Shown here: piece by piece, positions 58,801 to 64,000 of the stretch | Layout of the letters: each line of letters opens with the position of its first letter | How positions within the stretch are numbered: position 1 is the first letter of the stretch | NCBI GenBank assembly: GCA_965240325.2 | Contig: OZ251232.1 | Span: 1,364,001 to 1,428,000, forward strand | Direction: 5' to 3' | DNA length: 64,000 nucleotides | DNA from: Rebecca billardiae RCC1528 | Taxonomy: Eukaryota; Protista; Haptophyta | The notes under the pieces: generated by a model | What the model was told of the DNA's origin: nothing | Seen by the model: the letters and a program-made list of their open reading frames with translations, nothing else | Databases searched by the model: none | Made by a program: the position numbers and the translations under genes

Positions 58801-59285
58801 TCGGGAATGGCCGCCGTCGCCGGAGGCGCGAGCGAGCGATCGCAGCATGCGCTCGTGCTACGCCCACCGCCACTCGCCGTCCCGTCGGCCAGCGGCACAG
58901 CCTCGCGCTCACAGCAGCCCTCCTCGCAGGCGGTGCTGCCAGGCGGTTCCTCAGGTCCGCCCTCACAGCCCCCCTTCCGACAGCCCACACCGTCCGAGCC
59001 GCACGCTGGCGTGGCCGGGGCGATCTCCGAGCTCGCGCTCTGGCGCGACGTGCTCCGAGCGAGCTCGACCATCTCCCGTGGGATGAGAACCTTGCGCTCG
59101 CAGCACCCTTTTTGGCACTCCGCGGCGTCCGATGCACGCGCAGGCGTGGTCGGGGCGTTGTCCGAGCACGCGCTCTGGCGTGATTTGCTCCGGGCGAGCT
59201 CGACGAGCTCACGTGGGATGAGCACCTTGCGCTCGCAGCACGGATCCTGCCGAGGCGCCCCCTCCTTCGACGACTCCGTCGACAT
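55818..59285 (-). CDS. P1B-2 heavy-metal (Zn/Cd/Pb) ATPase, HMA2/3/4-like, with Cys-pair-rich N-terminal extension
   Basis: Motifs ICCEAE (HMA), TGE, ACPCAL, DKTGTLT, SAHP and GDGINDAPALA, plus TM7 Lys (GVK) and TM8 DLG. Intronless ORF; start MSTESS assumed. Confidence 0.92.
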   Translation of the reverse strand: MSTESSKEGAPRQDPCCERKVLIPRELVELARSKSRQSACSDNAPTTPARASDAAECQKGCCERKVLIPREMVELARSTSRQSASSEIAPATPACGSDGVGCRKGGCEGGPEEPPGSTACEEGCCEREAVPLADGTASGGGRSTSACCDRSLAPPATAAIPDAGGCQEGCCTLEAKHPLPAEPAERAGGCCERSECGSCGECDDQRVPARGAPEGADGGCAEGCCAGKGAAAGGGIDGARIDAEDRAASHQHRAEGVQAEARRAVASTGAAVAPSPLPPGAPTSHPAPTHVVVDVDPGAEADATPRKCSACTEEPGAMPHEITRTSLRVRNICCEAEVRLIERLLKPLRSVEAVDVNAVSKMVFVSHCVAECCLGPERIVSTLNDAQLGASLALGAHGGAEDEAGGSARSPREALAARAPVAHAALLWLLLAAGVACEAAAGAAASRAVLVSCAALGTMPLLTAIVRAGTLSRAPRLDMRALMLVAVVGAVLLGEATDAALLVTLYASAQLVERAVMARVERRLRVASQLSSPVLATLASTSAAVPLSELRAGDEIAVRAGEQLPVDGRVVRGVAVVSEAAVTGEHQPVRKSPGDSLLSGSLVLTGYAEVRLDAPASGSGLAQIERLVTEAQAQRSPTQAAVDTFAAWWTPAVLVAALGVALAPTIVGGAPIGANARATLTLLLLACPCALVFATPVPTMAAIASAAGHGVLFKSAEALERLASVRALAVDKTGTLTTGHFAVVATERPPVAGAAEAAGGAAESAEAAGKRALTLAASVEARSAHPLSAAIVAEAVGCAGEAAESGRALPRAERFRSIEGVGVQADVELAAAGVEGAQPQPAATARVVVGNARALDWAGCPPHAKSWFSDFSARHADDAVLGVVVDGALELGLALNDAVRPGAAEAIGTLRAAGVPTTMLTGASAASAAPLAARLGLDGCHSAMLPADKAAWVAKAVAETRGGVAMLGDGINDAPALALATVGVAMGASGTALASRSAHVVLLDERLERLPQAVRLARRTRALVRANIALAIGVKIVAAALTLAGALRLYMAVLVDLGSLLLVLGVGTTALAPGVWGAKGARRRAGARGAQGAPARGSWWPPGGLRRLPSMREPLQSRGRGGEAEFGLSLAAAWGADGRVGDSSGPGGTPHSQKA

Positions 59286-61239
59286 CGCGCGTGGCGACGT
59301 CCAGTGATGAAGGGAGGGTGGGCTGTAGGGGCCGCCGCCGGTTGTAGGCCTTCGCACAGGCACGCGTTACTGTTCACGCGCGTGCCGGACCCATGAGAAC
59401 CCGAGCCAAACGCGCGCTCGTCATCCGGTATTACGTCTTTTGCAAAGGCAAATGATGGCCATCTCAACATCTCGCCTCTTCCAGATCGCTTTCCAGCTCG
59501 CACAACTACACAAGCGCCAAGTACTGCATAGTGCAAACGAGGGGGTAATTTTGGCTTGAGAATCACCCGACGAAACCCCACTTGGCTCCAGGACCGTTTC
59601 GTTCAGTTTCAGCACTGAAAATATACCCAAAAGAGAGCTCTGAACCGAGTACAATGGGTGAGTAATTGAACGATGACTATCCTCGCCACGATTCATCTCG
59701 TGATCTCGGATCGAAAGAATGCTGGGTGGAGATCCGGTAGACCTCCCTTCCCAGGCCTGATGCAACATTCACGTCGACGGCTGCACGCACCGACGCACGA
59801 CCTTGCAACCTTCAACACACTCGCGAAGGCGGCCGGTGGGCGGACAGCCTTGCCACCATCACCACACTCACGTTGGCAACCATCATCATCACACTCACGG
59901 CCGAGCCAGCCGGGGCCCGGTGGCGGCCCGCCGGCGAATGAGTGCAACGGATTCGGCACTATCAGTATCAGCCGAACTCAAGCAATGCGCAGCCACGGCC
60001 TTGCTCGCATTGCTGTCGGCTGTGGCACATCAGTTCTGTATGCACGGCCCGATGGGCCGCTGCCGGTGCCAAGGGCGCGCGCCGAACGAGCTGCCGCGAG
60101 TGGCGGCAGATCCCGACGTAAGACACTCGTTGCGGGCGACCCCGGGTCACCGGTCACCGCCGCACCGGCTGGCTGGCGCCACCCGGCCGCCCGCGCACTA
60201 CAGTCAGCAGTAGTCAGTACCACTGTCTGCAGGAGAAATGTACCGGACATCAGATCGACCCGTACAGTACCGCGTAGAGAGTCTGCTTGTTACTACCTAA
60301 GCCGAGTGTGCAGAGTGTCAGCGTGTGCACCAAGCCTGCGTCCCGCGGACAACTAATATTGGCGACGTAAACTGGCGGACGGTGTACTGAACCGCCTGCG
60401 GAAGGCCGAGAGTCACGCAGCTCGGCACTCGGCTACTTATGCTGTGCGGCCTCAGGCGGCTCAGAATCAGATCGATAGTGAGATACCGAGCAGTGCCTGC
60501 TGGCCCGCGGGGCGCGGCCGCGCGGTCTCGCCGAGTGGCTGAAGGCTCGCGAGTTAGTGACACTGTGACGTATATATATATATATAGAACCAGTCCGCCC
60601 GATGACCATTGGACGAACCGGTTAGCCTCTTATGACGACGAGCCAGCCGGCCCGACGAGCTCGGCCTCGAGACCTGCCGCGCCACCAGGGGTAGCCACCG
60701 CGGCACCGCGGCGGGCCCGGCCGGGCCCGGGGGCGGCGCCCCGGACTGGCCCGGCGGCGGCGGGACGGCCGCGGCCGGCGCGGCGGCGGGACCGGGCACC
60801 GGCGCCGCGGGCCGCCGCGCGGTCCGGAGAGTCTGGCCTGCCCACCGCCACTGCCAGTCGGGCGCGCCAGGCTTCCGATGCTTTGCGACTAGTGAGTCAC
60901 TCAGTCCGCCTCAGTCGGCCCGCTCTGACTGACGGCTTCGTCGGTGCGGATCATTTTATTATTATTAGGCGACTTGGCCCACTGGCACCGTGCCCCGCAG
61001 TCACTAGAGTCCGCCCGAGAGCCCCGAGACCGCGCGATTCGACACGTCGTCCACGTACTCGTCGTCGGGCCGCGCGCGACAGGCCGAGGCCGCGCGCGCG
61101 ACACGACGGAGCCCCCGGAGTTCAGTCTACATAGTAAGCGACGCCCGTCCCCGACTGATCCGTGATGGCAAGCAGTCCCACCCACGCGGCGGCCGCAAGC
61201 GAGTAGTCGAAGCTTGGAGACGGCGGAGTGGCACCGCGA

Positions 61240-62585
61240 CTATCTCTGCGTCGCAGCTGCGCCTGCGGGCACTGGGCGGGCAGCACTCGCGCTCGCTGAA
61301 CGCGTGCTCGCAGGCGCAGCGGTCCCACCGATGCCGACGGCTTGCCTCAGCCACGAGAGCAGATCAGATGCGCTTTCTGTGGAGCCGTCTCGACTCTTGG
61401 CCTCCACGGCTGGGGCGCCGGCGACCTCGACCACAGTCACCCCCACCTGCGACGTCGAGAGCGGAATCGTCGACCCGACGGCCGCGCCCGCCGGTGCCTC
61501 AGGCGGAGCTGCTTCGAGCTCACTGGCAGCAGGCGCACCCTCGACTGTGGGCTGGAAGTTGCCGCTGACGCACCGGACGAAGTTGGCGTTCCGTGGCGTG
61601 TGGGTCCATCCCAACTGCCACGAGATGAGACCGAAGAGCGCGAGCAAGCTCACCTGCGTGAACTGGTACACGATCGGGATGCCGGTAGCCTCCGCGCGCA
61701 GCACATCGGTCGAGAAGGTGGAGAGCGCGACAGTGAGCGCGATCGCTGTGTTCTGGAAGCACGTCTCGATGGCGATGGCGACGACCTCGGGCTTGGGCCG
61801 GCCGAGCAGCAGCGCGAATGTGCAGCTCAGCATCAGCCCGAGCGCGCACGGGCTGATCACCGCCTGCGGCGCGGGCAGGGCACGCGGCGACGGCGGATGG
61901 GGCCGAGGGCGGGGGCGTGAGCGCGCAGCACGCGGTGCACGGCAGGCGTCCTCGCGCGCACGCTGCGCACGCGCACCCCAAAGACGACGGCGTCTTGCCT
62001 CCAGAACGGCGGAGCGCCGCCCGAAGCGTTGACGAAGAAGCCAAGCGCGATCAGCGCCACTCCAAAGACGTTGCCCATCAGATTGAACTTCGTGTGGTGC
62101 CCGGGGAGGCGGTGGCCCGCAAACAGCCCCGACAAGATGGCTGCAACCACGAGCACGATGGATGCTGCGAGGGAGCTCCAATCGATGGGCACCCTGCGCG
62201 AGTAGAAGAGGCCCACGTATATGAACAGGTTGAAGGGCAGCATGAAGGCGCACGCCACCGACGAGATGGTCGTCATCGCGACGCTCAGAGCGAGGTCGGC
62301 GTTGCACAGCGAGCACCACCAGTTCGAGTACGAGCCCCCGGGTGAGCTCGTCGTGATCATGAGCATCACCGCCTTGACCACGCCGATATCGAACACCTGC
62401 GTTGCTGCGAATCCCAGCAGCGGCAGCACGAAGAACTGGCAGAGGATGCCCACCGCAATCGACCTTCGGCCGCCTGGCCCAAACTTGCCGAAAAAGGCCG
62501 ACGTGTCGACTGTCCCCGCGAGGCCAAAGATGAGGAAGAAGAGGAAGATCATGCTCAGCACGGCGGCGGCGCTGATCGAAGCCAT
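61240..62585 (-). CDS. BASS/SLC10 bile acid:Na+ symporter-family transporter
   Basis: GILCQFFVLPLLGF, SSPGGSYSNWW, NADLALSVAMTTISS and IAIETCFQNTAIA. Intron 61864-61976. Confidence 0.9.
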
Positions 62586-62856
62586 GACGCGCAGGCAGCC
62601 GACCCACGGCGACGCGCCCCTGCGGCCGCGCTCTCCGGGGCTGCTCCGCCGCGGGGCAAGGCGTGACAAAGATGCGACCGCCACCGCCGGCTCCCCTCGC
62701 ACCGGTACGATGCTACCCGCCGAGACCAAAGGACCATAGAAAACCTACTTGAGAGAAAAACTGAGGGCCGGCGGCGCCTGTTCGCCACCTCGATCTTCTT
62801 TTCTAGCCAGTCCCAGTCGTTTGTAAGCGGGTTTTGCGCAGTCTTGTGAGCAGATT

Positions 62857-63827
62857 TCAATTCCCTCGCCCGTACGGCGGCGGGCGGCCCCTTGGCTCGG
62901 GGTCTTCTCTCGGCGCCAAACATTTTGCAGTAGCGACGAACGGTCCTTCAGTCTGATTTTCATGATAGATACCCGCTCGAGAGAGCCGTAAGTCCGTAAC
63001 TTTATGTATGTTCATCATCAGTGCTGGTACGTCCTTGAATTCAGGCCCGCCCAACATTGCTGCATCGCGTCATCAATGATGAGCTGATGAGCGCTGGCGT
63101 GCACGACGTCGGCGTCGGCGCGCGCGGCGCACGTGCGGGTATTCGCCTCGACGTGCGAGACTGTGATCGGATTGTCCGCCGCGTTGGGCCCGCGCGCGGC
63201 GAGGCGCATCGCGCGCGGCCGGCGCGTGCGGCCCGCCCGCGACGAGGCGCATCGCGCTCGGCTGGGGTTTGGCACGCCGAGCGTCGGGCGCCCGGGCGGT
63301 CCGCGTTGCGCGTCTCTCCCACCTCGTCGAGGGCGTGCGCGAGATGTGCGCAACTGCAAGAGGCACGCGCCGAGCGTCTCCGGTGGCTCGCTTGGGTGTC
63401 GCCTGTCCAAGGTCGACAAACAGCTCGTCGCTCATGCCCTCCGTGCGCAGCGCGTCGACGCGAGCGTTCCAGCTCTCGAAGTGCGTGTATGCACTCAGGC
63501 ACTTTGCTGTCATGGACATCCCCGCGCCGGTGGAGTCAATTGTCAACGCCACGTGCGGCGCGAATCGGACTAATGAGTTGCCAGGTTTTTATTAGCTTAC
63601 GAGGCGCACTGGTTCGGGCCACGGTGCCGGTGGACGGTGGTCACCTGTGGCTGTGACTTGTGACGAGTGGTCGAGTGTGAGTGTGACGGTGGGCACGGTG
63701 GCGGTCCCGCGGCCCGGCGTTCATCGTTGACCATGTGACGATCGAGTTTCTGCTGAATATTGAGGAGATGACCGCGAACAACGATAAAGCACGCATTATG
63801 GTTGCACTGCAATGTCGTCATGTACAA
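62857..63827 (-). pseudogene. Possible degenerate hAT-like transposase remnant
   Basis: Fragments in expected order but different frames: CNHNAC...KLDRHM (BED-like), FAPHVALTIDST (first catalytic Asp-like context) and VHASAHQLIIDD (CxxH-like). Similarity is weak. Confidence 0.3.
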
Positions 63828-64000
63828 TACAAGCCACGCATTACAGTCTTACGTTACTGATGTGGCTGGCTGGCGGCGCGCGGCGCCCCCGCCAACGCCA
63901 CCCAAGCCCAGCCGCGCCCGCACCGACTCACAGCAGCCCGCGCGCCAACCGCGAGACTGCCACTGCGCTCCCCGTGCTCGGCGTTGCCGATGCCGGATGT

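Overview
This is nuclear DNA from a very GC-rich, compact eukaryotic genome. A nucleus-encoded plastid ribosomal protein S1 with a bipartite signal+transit presequence points to an alga with a secondary red plastid. The short CG-rich introns (GTGCGC...GCGCAG) suggest a haptophyte, possibly Pavlovales such as Diacronema; this is an inference. I reconstruct 17 protein genes: a giant RCC1/Pro-rich/Cys-rich surface protein, an N-acylated EF-hand protein, a multi-pass membrane protein, a GT23-like fucosyltransferase, an ankyrin/CNBD cation channel with a non-canonical TTVGHVD filter, a BSD protein, a sulfotransferase, a FOP/LisH-PP2C fusion, a WD40 protein, a DUF4485 protein, an F-box-like/RCC1 protein, a GH38 alpha-mannosidase, a LEM-like/MSC nuclear-envelope protein, plastid Rps1, a TEY MAPK, a P1B-2 Zn/Cd ATPase and a BASS/SLC10 transporter. 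The most striking unannotated structure is at 17-30 kb, where four copies of one non-autonomous element family sit. Each has a 13-bp asymmetric subterminal inverted repeat (GGCCCGCGGTGCA), a 5' partial inverted repeat and a terminal GACCGCG-loop-CGCGGTC hairpin, which is a Helentron/HINE-like rolling-circle architecture. They carry captured, intron-containing host gene fragments and are arranged tail-to-tail and head-to-tail. Nested in or beside them are TIR elements with 4-bp target duplications, and a ~490-bp-arm foldback lies between two divergent genes. All calls come from reading the sequence; no database searches were run.
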